Shown here piece by piece: positions 26,020-39,954 of a stretch of DNA of 64,000 bases. Source of the stretch: Mobula hypostoma (lineage: Eukaryota); contig NC_086097.1 in assembly GCF_963921235.1 (NCBI RefSeq), forward strand, positions 83,020,001 through 83,084,000, given 5' to 3'. Made by a program: the position numbers and the translations under genes. Position 1 is the stretch's first letter. The number at the start of each line of letters is the position of its first letter. Below the pieces are notes generated by a model that was not told the DNA's origin, did not search any database, and was given only the letters and a program-made list of their open reading frames with translations.

Positions 26020-26295
26020 TTTATTTACTTAGGGATACAGCGTGGAATGAGGCATTCCAGTCCTTCGAGCCACGGCACCCCTGAAACCCTTGATAACCAC
26101 AATTTAATCCTAACCTAATCACAGGACAATTTACTTACCCGGTATGTCTCGAGACTGTGGGAGGAAACTGAAGCACCCAGGCATTCCATGGGGAGGTCAC
26201 TTTAACTCCTTACAGGTGGTGCTGGAATTGAACGCCGAACTCCAGTGCCCTGAGCTGTAATAATGTCAGCTAACCGCTATGTTACTGTGGTGCAG
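26020..26295 (-). mobile_element. tRNA-headed V-SINE (HE1-like)
   Basis: Reverse complement of the core gtttcctcccacagtc and of a head (acagtaacatagcggttagc...ttcaattcc) similar to 30917-31200. Confidence 0.7.
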
Positions 26296-27457
26296 TTCAA
26301 ACCATCAAGAATCATATTCTTAGTGGTTTGAACTATGCTGAAGCTCCTATGTTTGTAATTTGAACCACTCTCCGTGTCATACGATGTCTCTGTCCAGCCT
26401 TTGCAAGCAGGTTACTGACCTGTTCAGTTTTGTCAAGACTCAGAATAGTTGTGATTCACAGAATGGTTAACAGTGAGGATTCCAGCAATAAGAATTCCTT
26501 TGATATCAATAAGTTATCTTGGTATAGTTGAGATTTTTCATATTGGAAATGGTACTTAGCTGTCACTTATGTGGTAGGGAATTAACTGCTGTTTGTCAAG
26601 GTGCTAATGGATAGTGGCATGATTGGCTTTGGAGGAGCTGTGTGTATAATTTAATACTGCCAACAGATCCCCTTCTTATAAACACAGAGATCATTGATAA
26701 ATAGGCAAAGGTGGTTCAGATGAGGATACATTCCTTTGGAATGTTTGCTGCAGTAACTTGGTGAGGTGGTGGTTGACTTCCAACTACGTGGACTTAAAAT
26801 TTCTCCTCACAGGGCATTCCTGAGATACTTAACATTTTAAATGAAGTGTTTGCCTTTTTATTCAATGGAAAAAAATTCACCGGTGCGTAGCAAGTAATGA
26901 AATCAGTGTAACTTACAGTAAATCAAGACCTTTTCCGACCCAAAGCAAGTTATACTATGTATGCAAAATAACAGGTCAATATTGAAATCATGACATAGTG
27001 TCTATAATCTGATAGAGATATCTAAATTGACCAGTTGTACTCCCATTTACAGATCTGAATGTCGTAACAGGTTTTTTCATGAGCTTATTTCAGTAAATGG
27101 AAGCTAAATTCTATTTATTCTGTAAACAACCATGAAAATTGCAAAGGGGGAGCTAAATCTGCCAATAATTCCAGTGCAGACAGCGTGCTAACTTTATGCT
27201 GACTGCTACTTAACATGATATTGGAGTGAAGCCAGCACAGATCAATTGTCTGCACGTCTCGCTACGGGTCACAACACTTTGTGTGGGCATCTCATAATGT
27301 TACCCTGCACTTCTTAAAGTGGAAATCCATTGCAGGTTTTGAACTGCTCTCATCTGAATGAGATTCAGGTGGAATTGTTCCCTGAAGAGCTTTTGTGGTA
27401 ACAGCCTTGTCTTGGGAGCCTTCCCCCTCCTCTGCTTCTATCTCCTGGCAGACTGTC

Positions 27458-28400
27458 GGAATCAGAATCAGAGCCAGTTTTAATATCATTGACATATATC
27501 ATAAAATCTGTTGTTTGAGGCAGCAGTATATTGCGATACATAATCATTTAAAAAAACTATAAATTGTGATACAAAAACAATTAAATAAGTAGTGCAAAAG
27601 AGAGGAAAAAATAGTGAGGTATTCATGGATTTATTGTCCATTCAGAAATCTGATGACAGAGGGAAAGAAGCTGTTTCTGAAATGTTGTGTGTATGTCTTC
27701 AGACTCCTCTACCTCCTCCAGGATGGTAGCAATGAGAGGGGGGCATGCCCTGGGTGATGTGAGACCTTAATGATGGATGCTGCCTTTTTGAGGTATCGAC
27801 TTTTGAAGGTATTCTCAATGACGGGCAGACTAGTGTCCATGATGGAGCTGGTTGTGTTTAGTACTTTCTGCAGCTTTTTCCAATCCTGTGCAGTGGCCCC
27901 TCCATACCTGATAGTGATGCAAACAGTTAGAATGTAAATCTGTAGAATTTTGAGAGTGGCTTTGGTAACATACCGTCTCCTCAAACTCCAAATTAAATAT
28001 AACTACCGTTGTGCCTTCTTTGTAATTGCATCAATGTGTTGGGTCTAGGATAGATTTTAAACTGCTCACTCTTTCCACCACTGATCCCTCGATGTGTGTG
28101 TTCCCTCGACTTTCCCTTAATGAAGTCTACAATCAATTACATGGTCTTGCTAATGTTGAGTGCATAGTTGTTGTTATGACAGCACTCACCCAGCTGATCT
28201 ATCTCACTCCTGTATGCCTCCTCATCACAATCCGAAATTCTGCCAACAATAGTTGTGTCATTGGCAGCTTTAGAGATGGCATTTGACCTGCGCCTAGTCA
28301 TACAGTCATGGGTGTAGAGAGGGTAGAGCAGTGGGTTAAGCAGCCTTAAGGTGCACCAGTTTTGATTGTCAGCAAGGAAAAGATACTATTTCCAATCCAT
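27458..28400 (-). mobile_element. Rex1/Babar 3' fragment, decayed
   Basis: ORF 27709-27984 (YGGATAQDWKKLQKV...HPGHAPLSLLPS); (TGATTC)n tail; similar to 3691-4700. Confidence 0.85.
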
Positions 28401-30916
28401 ACAGTCCTGTGCTCCCTCAATTCACTAGCCCATCTGAAGTGCATTGTAAGAAATATTGTACACGTCTTTCATTGTCTGATGGCAACTGGATTGTGCAAAA
28501 AGGCTTGACCTCAGACAAATTTCTTCTCAGCATTCCCACCATTCCTACAAAACACTAGAAGTACCAAAATTCATGGAATCATTGCAAAAGCCAACTGAAA
28601 TCAATTATCAACTAACGTAACAATATTTAGTGAGATATTCAATAAGCACCTATAGAAGCTTCTTCACTTGATGAAAGCATGTTCCTCTACAGGGGATTTA
28701 GTAGGCTAGTAGGCTCTCAGTCACCTTAAGCCATGGGGATTAATGGTGTCAGTTGCATGAATATGCCAACTCTATGGTAATTGTTCAAAAAAATCATTGC
28801 TAAGCATCACACACTAGTATTCAGCAACACACAAAATACTGGAGGAATTCAACAGCTCAGGCAGATAAGGGTCTGGATCCAAAACATTAACTGTTCATTT
28901 GTGTGTTGCTCAAGATTTCCAGCATCTGCAGAATCTCTCGTGTGTTCCATGCACAGACCTTTAATTGCCAAACTATGTCATCTCCTCTCCCTTATAAAGA
29001 GCAAAGTTTTACACAGGAATTCTACATTTTAAGACTAAACAATATTAATGTAAAATGTAATGAAAATAAATTAAATGGACGTCTGTACTCACCATCACAT
29101 GAAGTGCCAAATCTTCAAAGACAATGTTGTTTCACATCATCCTACAACTTCAATGCTCTTATGTAGGAATGTAAATCAATTGAAAATGTCTTTTCACATT
29201 TATATTGAATGGGAAGTAAATGAGACATCCTTGAGAAACGGCGCACACACTTCTCTATGATTTGCTTTTTTTTGTCAAATTCTTCACTTTTATCACTAGC
29301 ATTGGCCCTGTGATATTGCACCCTGAAATCTTTAAGGAAAGCCAGTCATATAAAGTGTGATCAAAGTCGTCAAGCGTCAATCCATGTACCATCTGGCACC
29401 TTTCAACACATTTATCACTGCTTGAGTTCAGGAAGAACTCTTTAAATCATGAAATGCAAAGTTTGATTTTGTCAATTGTTGAGGAATCAATGTTGAATTC
29501 TGTTATGTATTTCCTCTTTCTGTTCCAATATTAGACCTTTGTCTGGAATATTTCTCTCCAGTGAAAAGGATAGATGGGAGAAATACGATTCAGCTTATGA
29601 AGCACAACCAGAATCAACTCCCACTTGTAAACTCACATAAAGGACTAAGGAGAGGGGTGAGGACTGACAAGGTGTAGCCAGTGGGAGTCTGTAGGTCAAC
29701 AAAACTGCTTTAGAGCCTGGTGTGCCAAATTCAAATTTACATTATTGAAAAGATTAATTTATTTTATATCCTTGGGAATTTTCAGATGTTGCTTGAGAAG
29801 TCCAGAGCATAAATAGTAGATAAATGAGAGACTACTGTAGCTAGGATGTGCAGCTCTAAAATGATGTGGCACGAGTATTCTTCATTATTCCAAGTAGTTT
29901 GATCCAGATGTATGCTAACTGCCTCACCAATATGACATTCAGTATAATTCTTGCTATTAATAGACCATTAGATGCTCTTTTGGAATCATAGTGGTGCCAA
30001 ATGCAATCAACCAATCAAAAAGCATCAAGATCTAGACCTGAAATTTTCAACCTGCATCTTTTGTTCATGGCTAAAAATCAATGTAAATACAAAAATTAAA
30101 TGTCACAGGAATCATAATCTGCAATCAGGTGCAATATATGTTAATATAATCTGATGTCACACGTAAGCACTAATCATAACGTCCTGGTTAATGTACTACA
30201 GAATTGTGGACTCCCAAAATATTCATTCTTCCCAAATAGAAGGTATACTGTAGATTGCCAAGCCTGTATGCATAGATTTTCTTATACAGAAACTGCATTG
30301 TAAATACATAGAATCTCCATTGTAAAGTGTATTTACAATTCATATAAAGGCAGGTAATGTAGGAAATATTCAGCGGATCAAGGAGCCTCTGTAAAGAGAG
30401 AAACAGAGCTGACATTTCATCCAAACTAGGCAGTCAGAAAACAAGCATGTCTTAAAGAAGAGAAAAGTTTCAGAGAAGGGAGAAGGTGGAGATGGTGTAC
30501 AATAGTTGAAGACCAAGAGAGATAGTGATGTAAGCAATGGTTGTGCTGGCTGAGAGGGTGTGATGAAGGTTTGTGAATTGTAGATGATCCCACTGAAGGG
30601 GATGTAAATAGAACAAGGTGAATGGATGGAAAGGAGAAAGAAGAAGTGAAACAATGCTGAACTATGAGATACACTACAGTTGCTGGTGGTCTGAAATAAT
30701 AGACAATATCAGGAATGCCCAGGAAGACAGTATCTGTAAAAGTGGAAAAGCAGAGTTACTGTTACAGATTGAGCATTTCCAGTATTTTCTAGCTATATTG
30801 TTGAATTCTAATTCAGTGCCGACTCTTCCACACACAACAAAGAGAACTACAAAGAGCTGCAATAGACTGACGTAATTTTAAAACTGGAAGTTTCTTAAGA
30901 TCAACATCATCAAAAT

Positions 30917-31200
30917 GGACGGCATGGTAGCGTAGTGGTTAGCACAACCCTTCACAGTGCAGGCGACTCGGGTTCAATTCCCGCTGCTGCCTGTCAGGGG
31001 CTTGTACATTCTCCCCGTGACCGCGTGGGTTTCCTCCAGGTGATCTGGTTTCCTCCCACAGTCTGAAAATATACCAGTTGGTAGGATGATTGGTCATTGT
31101 AAATTGTCCTGTGATTAGGTTAGTATTAAATTGGAGGATTGCTGGGCAGTGTAGCTCGAAGGGCCAGAAGGATTATTCAGCATTGCAGGTCAGTAAATAA
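30917..31200 (+). mobile_element. tRNA-headed V-SINE (HE1-like)
   Basis: A box tagcgtagtgg, B box ggttcaattcc, V-core ttctccccgtgaccgcgtgggtttcctcc...gtttcctcccacagtc, CR1-like tail. Confidence 0.85.
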
Positions 31201-31949
31201 ATATAATATAATATAACATAATCTGAAAGGGAATTCAGTAAAGTCCCTGTTTGTCACTGAGGTCGCAAACTGAGCTCTTGTACACCAGTGTGAATGGATC
31301 ATATAGCCGAACGGCAGTGGTTACCAAGTGTGTTGAAGATTTTTGAGGAAATTTACCTTCCTTAGCAGGCCTGGAAGTTCACAAACTGAATCCAATGTTC
31401 CTTTATTTCAAGCAGAAATTACTCATAAGGCTAACTTAACCTGGGTTAGATCGCTCTTGAGATCATTTGTGGATGAAATAGCATCGACTGGGAAAAATTG
31501 CCATGGCTACTTCCACAAGGAATTCACCTTTACAACTTTCCAACACCTTTCCGACATAAGTCAAGCACCTAATGAAGTTGCACGTCCTGCTTCTTGCCAC
31601 CAAAAATGAGAACTTTTGGGTGCAGCCTCTGAATTTCATTGAACAGTCACTGGCAAATTAAAAGGTATCCATTTTCACATTGATATCTTGGTCTTGGCAC
31701 CTGCTGACCCCCGTTTGCAATTCTCAGGGCACTCATCACTGTTTGTACCATCATTGATCACACCTGTTTTATATGATGGATATTAGTGTTAATATTCTGG
31801 CATGCTGATTATTCAGCCCGTTGTATTGGCATGGGACCACTCATGGCACGGAGCTTTATCACGGCAGGTAGTGCCCACACATACAGTATAGAAAATCACC
31901 ATTTCCTCCCTCTTCCCATGTTTTCATGGTGCTGACTTTAAGGGAGCCG

Positions 31950-32662
31950 GGGTGGGATGCACACTCTGCCCTCATCAACAGAGCTGCTGTGGAGATGGTC
32001 AACAGCTTCAGGTTGCTTGCCATTCACATTACCTGCAATCTCACCTAGTTCTTTTACATGGATATGGTGATCAATAGGGCATATCACTATTTAGACTTCT
32101 TTAGGCATTTGAGAAGATTTGGTATGGCCACAAGATTTCTGCGAACTTCTACGGATGAACAATATAAAATAGGCTGACGGGTTGCACTTCATTTTTTTAT
32201 GGCAGCTGCACTGTTTTCGTAAACTCAACTCTACAGGCTTGTCACTTTCCACCAGCCAGTCCATCTTCATGGGGTGTTCTGTGAAGGCTGGAAGTATCAC
32301 CAAGGTACCCTGGCCATTCTCTTTTCTCTGTTCAATGATCTAGGTGAAGACGGAAGAGTTGGAACATCCAGATTTAAGAACCGTTTCTTCTCCACTGTTA
32401 CCCGACTTCTGAGCCAATCACTTCTTTCACATCACCTTCCCAGTGGTGCTACCTCAATCTCATTATTTTAACTCTACCTCTTAGATTTCCATTATTACCA
32501 TTTTGTCACTTCTTTTTGCACCAGAGCCTATCTTCTACTCTGCTCTTCAGCACTCACCATGGTATTTACTTCTGTTAGTTTACAATGTATGTTATTCACA
32601 CTGTCAGCTTCATGCAGCCTGGTGTAGATGACAATCTGATCTGACTGATCTAATCTAATCTA
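31950..32662 (+). mobile_element. Highly decayed Rex1/Babar 3' fragment
   Basis: Remnant of the ORF2 C-terminus (gtggagatggtcaacagcttcagg; tttaagaaccgtttcttc) and a (TCTAA/TCTGA)n tail. Confidence 0.6.
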
Positions 32663-32954
32663 ACATAATCTAACCCATGAAAACTGTGTCATCTTTTATC
32701 TGACTGTCCTGTGAAAGTTTCTTGAAAGGTTTGAATCCTTCTCAGCGATCAGGATGGCAGATGGGGAACTTTTGACGCAGCTCTCATTGGGAACTACACA
32801 GCTCCTGCTTTAGTTCATAACCTGGTGCGAACCACCATGTTGCTTCTTCCCAGGTATTTTGAGCCAACTTCACAGTTATGTGTGGGGCCCATGATTTGTC
32901 CCTTTGCTATACTTAGTACACTTTTAACACCAATAAAAAAGCCAATGACAATTC

Positions 32955-33250
32955 AGGGTGGCACAGTGACAGAGCTAGTGGAGCCACAGCCTTACAGCTC
33001 CAAAAACCCAGGTTCAATCCTTCCCTGCACATTTTCGCTATGAATGCATATGTTTACCCTAGGTGCTCTGGTTTCATTCCACATCTCAGTTAGGTGGGTT
33101 AATCAACTGTAATTATCCCATATGTAGAATCTGGGTGGAGATGATGGGAATGCCAAGAGAATAAAATGGGCTTAGTGTAAGTTTGGTGTAATGGATGGTG
33201 ACAGTCAGGGTGGACTTGGTAGACCAAGATTTTCTGTGTTGTAATTCTTT
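32955..33250 (+). mobile_element. Decayed V-SINE
   Basis: gggtggcacagtg...ccaggttcaatcc head; ggtgctctggtttcattccacatc core. Confidence 0.65.
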
Positions 33251-34237
33251 ATGAGTATGGCTCTATGACAGCACTTTCTAGGCACGTGCATATTAAAGTG
33301 AAAGGCCTCCACTTTTATTTGGATTCGCAGAAGGACCACATCTATTTCAAACAGTGGTTCTGAATTCCAAAACCTTTTTACTTTATATCTAATAATCATA
33401 CGGCACCTCTGAAACATTAAAATCAGAAAGTATACTTACATCTGGATTGAAACCTTACTGTCTGTTTTTGTAAACTGATCAGTAACTGGGAGGGAAACAT
33501 TAGAGCCCTTATAATTAGTCATACTTTCAATTATAGAAGCAGGTGAAATGGAATCAGCAAGTTCATGGGTTGGGAGGTACCTTAGCAAGTGTGTGATGGT
33601 TGTGACACTGCTGTTTAATGACTACCTTAAATTTTCTGAAGTGCTACTACACATGATATCATACATACATATTATTTACGTTGTAACATTTTATTAAGAT
33701 GAAATATGTGTGTATAATATACTATCAGCCTGCTGTGTATTTTCAACTGAAGCAAACCTTTTGTACACCAAATTCTTGCCAGAGTCACGGTGCAGCAGAA
33801 AATACTAGGTAGTGCAATCCATTTGGAGCCATGACACCAAGTTGGATTGATTTAGTTCAAGTGTTGGGTTTTAAGTAAATTTTCCAAATTTGTTCCACTT
33901 TTCCTCATTTTACCTTCAATATTTCCAAATTTACTGCTTGTGTCATTATCATTTCGAGTATACCTTTCTCATCATCATGCTCACACATAGGGGAATAAAA
34001 AGTACACTTTAAATATTAGCTTTATACTAGTTAGCAACAACCTTCAAAAATTTAGATGTGTTGTTAAATTACCTTTGTTAATTTTACATTATGTTTACTG
34101 AACTGTTTTACTGATAAATTATGACAGAGAGAATTATGCAGAGAGATCGTTTCATGCTTACTAATTTATTTTGTAAAACCTGTGGACCATCTTGAAGATA
34201 TGGAATGAGCATCATTGATAGAAATAAATTATAAGAT

Positions 34238-35190
34238 TTACATAGAACATAAAACAGTACAGCACATTACAGGCCTTTTGGCTCACAATGTTGTGCTGAC
34301 CTTTTAACCTACTCCAAGATCAATCAAATCTTCCCACCCCTATAGCCCTCTATTTTGCTTTCATCCATATCTAAGAATCTTTTAAACATCACTAATGTTT
34401 CTGCCTTGACCACCACTCCTGGCAACTCCTTCCACGTGCTTTCCACTCTCTGTGTGGGAAAAAAAGCTACCTCTGATATTCCCTCTAAACTTTCCTCCAA
34501 ACACTTGGCAACTCAAAAAAGGCACTGGCAGTCCAGTCTATCTATGTCTCTTATCATCTTATATATCTCTATCAAGTCACCTCTCAACCTCCTTCATTCC
34601 TAAGAGCAAAACCCTACCTCACTCACTATTTCCACAAAAGGCATGTTCTCTAATCCAAGCAATGTTCTGGTAAATTTCCTCTGCACCGTCTCTAAAGCTT
34701 CCACATCTTTCCTATAATGAGACGATGAGAACTGAACACAATAATCCAAGTGTGGTCCAACCAGAGTTTTATAGAGCTGCAACATTATCTCCCAGCCAAC
34801 ACACCATATGCCTTCTTAATTATGCTATCAACTTGCACGGCAACTTTCAGGGATAGAAGCAAGTGACCTCAAGATCCCTCTGGTCTTTTACATTGCTAAG
34901 AATCCTGTCATTAACTCTGTATTGTGCCTTCCAAAGTGTATCACTTCATACTTTTCCAGATTGAGCCTCATCTACCATTTCTCAGCCCAGATCTTCATTG
35001 TTTCAATGTCCCATTGTAACCTATGACAGTTTTCTATACTATCCACCAACGTTTGTGTCATCTGCAAACTTACTTGCCAACTCTTCCACTTCCTCATCTA
35101 AGTTACTTTAAAAATTACAAACAGAACAGATTCCTGCTGATCACCACTAGTATTGGACTTCCAGGCAGAATATCCTCCATCTAATACCAC
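34238..35190 (-). mobile_element. CR1 3' fragment, decayed
   Basis: MLQLYKTLVGPHLDYCVQFSSSHYRKDV; 3' end catagaacataaaacagtacagcac on the plus strand. Confidence 0.85.
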
Positions 35191-37039
35191 CCAAATTGGT
35201 AGAAGAAATTTACCTGACTACCTATAGTAATCCTCCTCCAACATATGGGAATAACTTCAGTTGCGGGCAACAAATTAGAAATGTTCTTAGGATAAATCAT
35301 GCATTTTCAAATAATCATCCACAAACCATGAGTTTTGGGAATGTTTCACTCATATTTTATATGGGCAAGGTACCTTATTTTTATCCTTGACAGATTCACA
35401 CAGGCAACATCGTGATATCTAGGTCAGTCGTCTCGAAGGCTCAAGTCACTGTTTAGACTACGTTCAATTGGACTAAATCCAATCTACTATTTACATTGCA
35501 CCTATTCTGTAAACTAGAACCTGTCCAACAGAGTATCAAATGGCAAGTCAGATAAACACATTGGCATGTTCTGTGGGATAAGAAGTGAGCAAGTATTTTA
35601 ATCTGGTTTCATACACAAGCTCTATTTGTATATACTTGGATCCAAACTTCTTTCAAGCCGGCAAAAGGTTTTCTTTTCTCTAAATTAGTTTTGAGTTGCT
35701 CAGCAAATGTTATTGATAAGAGAAAATTAGCAAAACAAGGTAAACAAGTATCAGGTTTTGGGGTAAAAAGGTGATATACGAAGACATCACGGATGATTGA
35801 ATGAAGATGTCATAAATGGGAAATAATTATTAAGTATCCCTATTAGGTATCATTTTTTTTAAACAATGAATATGATATCCATGATTTAATTTTTTTGGCA
35901 GTTTGGATTTGGTTTTGAATGACAGGAGTGAAACTTTATAATTTAAAGGTGTATTTCTGATAAATCATTTAATTATGATTCCAAATGAGCAGGAGGAATT
36001 ACGTATTTTCTTCATGAAATTAGAAGTTATGTACAATCATCATTGACTGCAAATTTTATTGATTGTTGATTCATAACCTGATATCTCATTACGTAGAAAA
36101 TTGTAATGCTATAGTACCAACCATATGATTCAGTATCACAGTATCATATGTATTTTAGCTATCTCTATTAACTGTTAATGGGCTTTGAAGTGCTTTGCAT
36201 GCAAGTCCTTCAAATGAGACACAGAAATTTTCCAGTATTCTCTGCGATATTTAATTGCACATAGCTTCAGGTTGTTATTAAGTTTAAATAAAAACACTAT
36301 ATTGACTGGCATAAAATTTGCCTCATGAAATATGGCATTTAGCTCAGAGAGAATAAGGTAAGTGAGATGTTTTACAGAAATTTTACCTGGAAGTCTGGCA
36401 GGTTGCCTCCCGGACATTTATCTACTGTACATGGAGGACCGTGCCAATGAATATAAATTGAGGTTAGGCCATAGGAAGGTGCAGATTAAATGCAGTGAAT
36501 GATCTCTTCATTTTCAAAGTTTATTAATGTGTCAGCTGCTAAACTGACGAATATTGACAGTGGCTGTTTTGTTTTCTCAGAAATCAGTCACTAATGACAT
36601 CATCTTGTTAAACCCATCAGCTTCTCCAACTGATATTTGATTGATCATCATTTGGAATTTGAACATTTCCAGGCTGGGCAGCAAATCGGTTTTGCAGATT
36701 TAATAGCAACATGTTTTTCAGATATTGCAGAGGGATGTAAAGGTTCTAGTACGTAACTGTTCTGTTTGGCCAGTTAACCAGTTTGTCCTCTTGGCCCTGG
36801 CATCCTTTATTTTGTTTCAGAAGTGTATTATATTTCTTTGGCTGACTGGTCATTGCACATAACTTCTTTTTCTCTATGCTGTGCAGCTTAGTGAAGGGCT
36901 TTGACTGCTACTTTATGCTTATGAGGATAGTATTTTCCTTGGGATCTATGGCAGAAGAAGTTAACATTTCCTTAGTGCCTCCCTTCATGGATACAAATTG
37001 TTAGATAGGTTAGTAAATCAAGTTTCTATCATGAATAAG

Positions 37040-38830
37040 GAATTTTTAAAAAATGAAGTATTCATCTAGAAATTTCTATCAAGAACTTAATGATAAATCC
37101 CAAGGACCAAAGATGCAAATATTAACATTCCATCCAGACTTTTGCAAGAGGTGGCTTTAAAAGTAGTGAATTATTAGTCATCATCTTCTGAACTTCTGTA
37201 TATATTCTGGAACTGGTATTGCTATTTTAAGAGTCGCAAATGTGACACTACTATTTAAGAGCCCGAAAAAAAAACAGAAAACTGCCCTGTTCATTCAATA
37301 TCGGAGATAAGGAAATATTGAAGTCTTTAGAAACATAGAAACATAGAAAATAGGTGCAGGAGTAGGCCATTCGGCCCTTCGAGCCTGCACCGCCATTTAT
37401 TATGATCATGGCTGATCATCCAACTCAGAACCCCGCCCCAGCCTTCCCTCCATACCCCCTGACCCCCGTAGCCACAAGGGTCATATCTAACTCCCTCTTA
37501 AATATAGCCAATGAACTGGCCTCAACTGTTTCCTGTGGCAGAGAATTCCACAGATTCACCACTCTCTGTGTGAAGAAGTTTTTCCTAATCTCGGTCCTAA
37601 AAAGATTCCCCTCAATCCTCAAACTGTGGCCCCTCGTTCTGGACTTCCCCAACATCGGGAACAATCTTCCTGCATCTAGCCTGTCCAATCCCTTTAGGAT
37701 CTTATACGTTTCAATCAGATCCCCCCTCAATCTTCTAAATTCCAACGAGTACAAGCCCAGTTCATCCAGTCTTTCTTCATATGAAAGTCCTGCCATCCCA
37801 GGAATCAATCTGGTGAACCTTCTTTGTACTCCCTCTAAGGCAAGGATGTCTTTCCTCAGATTAGGGGACCAAAACTGCACACAATACTCCAGGTGTGGTC
37901 TCACCAAGGCCTTGTACAACTGCAGTAGTACCTCCCTGCTCCTGTACTCGAATCCTCTCGCTATAAATGCCAGCATACCATTCGCCTTTTTCACTGCCTG
38001 CTGTAACTGCATGCCCACTTTCAATGACTGGTGTATAATGACACCCAGGTCTCGTTGCACCTCCCCTTTTCCTAATCGGCCACCATTCAGATAATAATCT
38101 GTTTTCCTATTTTTGCCACCAAAGTGGATAACTTCACATTTATCACATTAAATGAAGGATGTAGTAATAGAATTCCAGGAGAAGAATAATATAATTGAGC
38201 AGAGTCAACATGGATTTATGAAAGGGAAATCAAGTTTCACTGATATACTGGAATGTTTAGAAGGTGTGACAATTAGAAAAGTTTGAGGGACCAACTGAAT
38301 GTGGCAATGTTCAGAGGGCCTTCAATGAGGCCTTCAAGGTTAGAGAGCATGGAATTGGAAAGTTATATAATAAGAATTAATTATTGGGAAGAAAGCAAAA
38401 TGGTGGGGATAAATTGATTGTTCTTGGATTGGCAGACTTACGTAGGATTTTGAGTACAGGGAAGTATGTAAGGAAACCTCAATAGGATATAGACATGCTA
38501 AGTGAGTGGCCAAGAATATGGAAAATAACGTGGAAAAATCTGAAGTCATCCACCAGTGCACGGAACAGAAAAGCAGAGCATTAGTTAAATATGACAAATG
38601 AGTTGTGCTGATGTTCAAATGCATGTTTGTAAATGTTTTATGGTGAAGGCCAGGATGCAGGTGCTGTGAATAATTAAATGAGTGAGCTATGTTATTATAT
38701 GAGGATTTGAATACAAGAGGAAGGAAGTTTGGTAAAAGGAATATTTGGTCTCTTTCCCTAAGAAAAGATGCACTTGCCATAAAAGGGAGTGCAGAAGGGA
38801 TTTAGCAGAATGGTTTCAGGAAAGTTGCAT
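37040..38830 (+). mobile_element. Old, highly decayed CR1 ORF2 fragment split by a younger CR1
   Basis: Remnants gataaatcccaaggacc, gcaaatgtgacactactatttaag, agagtcaacatggatttatgaaagggaaatca resemble 48560-48890. Confidence 0.65.
37328..38147 (-). mobile_element. Young 5'-truncated CR1
   Basis: Open ORF2 C-terminus 37425-38060 (LYKALVRPHLEYCVQFWSP, RRLRGDLIETYK, FFTQRVVNLWNSLP); (TTTCTATG)n tail. Confidence 0.92.
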
Positions 38831-39167
38831 TTGCTGAATGAAGAGAGATTAAGTAGAGATTGTGGCACTAAAGATAGTTTGTTAAAGTAGGGGATGAGTT
38901 TACACAATTAACCTCTTTTATCTATAAATGATTTGACTCTAGAAGCAGAAAAAATCCAAAATTTATGGATGGCAAAATTAAAAAAGGTTAATTAACCTGA
39001 GGAGGACAGTAACACAAAATCTTAATAAGCTTATAAATGGCAAATTAATTTCACTTTAGCAAAGTTGAAATTTTTGACAGAAGGAAAAGGAGGCAGTATA
39101 CTCTTCAGAAAATGAGAATAAGGAAGCTAGTAAAGTATAGGGATGGAGGGCTATAAATTTTTTCATC

Positions 39168-39410
39168 TGTGCCATACTCTGCCAGAGCCTCGGCGACCAC
39201 TTTTCAAGTGGTTGTCTTGGAGGAAAGGTTCTGTGAGTGGTCTCCCACGTCCTTCTCACAGCACAGTTTTTTTTTTAATGAGGCCGAGCTGCAAGTTTGA
39301 CACTTAACCCGGCACGGATGGAAAGCGTGCCCGGAAGCGGCCCGACTGGATTCAAACTCGGGAACCTTTGCTCTGGAGTCCGGCGCTGATATCACTGCGC
39401 CACCAGTCGG
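39168..39410 (-). mobile_element. tRNA-derived SINE of a different family
   Basis: Minus-strand A box tggcgcagtga and B box gagtttgaatcc; CpG-rich body unrelated to the V-SINE copies. Confidence 0.65.
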
Positions 39411-39797
39411 AGTATAGATACACTGGTTATTATAAGCTGCAGCACAGGCCAATTCAGATATAAAAGTGGAAACAATACCATGGGGTTCATTCATTGAGGG
39501 ATGCAATTGAAATGTATATTTAACTGGTAGACGGTATTGATTAGTCTGCACTTTATATACTCTACGGTATTCTGGTCTAGATTTGGTGCGAACAAGATTT
39601 ATCACATGATACTAATACTGAGAAGCTGTGCTCATCAAGAAAAATAGAACATTTTTTTTCTCTGTGGAAATGAGAAGACTGAGTAATAACTTGATGGTAA
39701 TGTCTCGGGCTGTAATAGATATTGATTTAACATATAGACAGTCCTTGGATCTGCAGAAGGACCACAGGTATATGGCAATCAGCTGCCATTTTGAAGT

Positions 39798-39954
39798 TGA
39801 AACATAGAAACATAGAAAATAGGTGCAGGAGTAGGCCATTCAGCCCTTCGATCCTGCACCGCCACTCAGTACGATCATGGCTGATCATCCAACTCAGAAC
39901 CCTGTACCAGCTTTCCCTCCATACGCCCTGATCCCTTTAGCAACAAGGGCCATA
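39798..39954 (-). mobile_element. Very short CR1 3' end with TSD
   Basis: Near-identical to 37330-37485; 7-bp direct repeat ttgaagt at 39791-39797 and 39955-39961. Confidence 0.85.

Noticed and set aside
30917..30990. Possible tRNA gene
   Set aside because: A and B boxes belong to a SINE head; no complete cloverleaf, and it continues into the V-SINE core
37402..38094. 230-aa plus-strand ORF
   Set aside because: Antisense shadow of the CR1 ORF2 C-terminus
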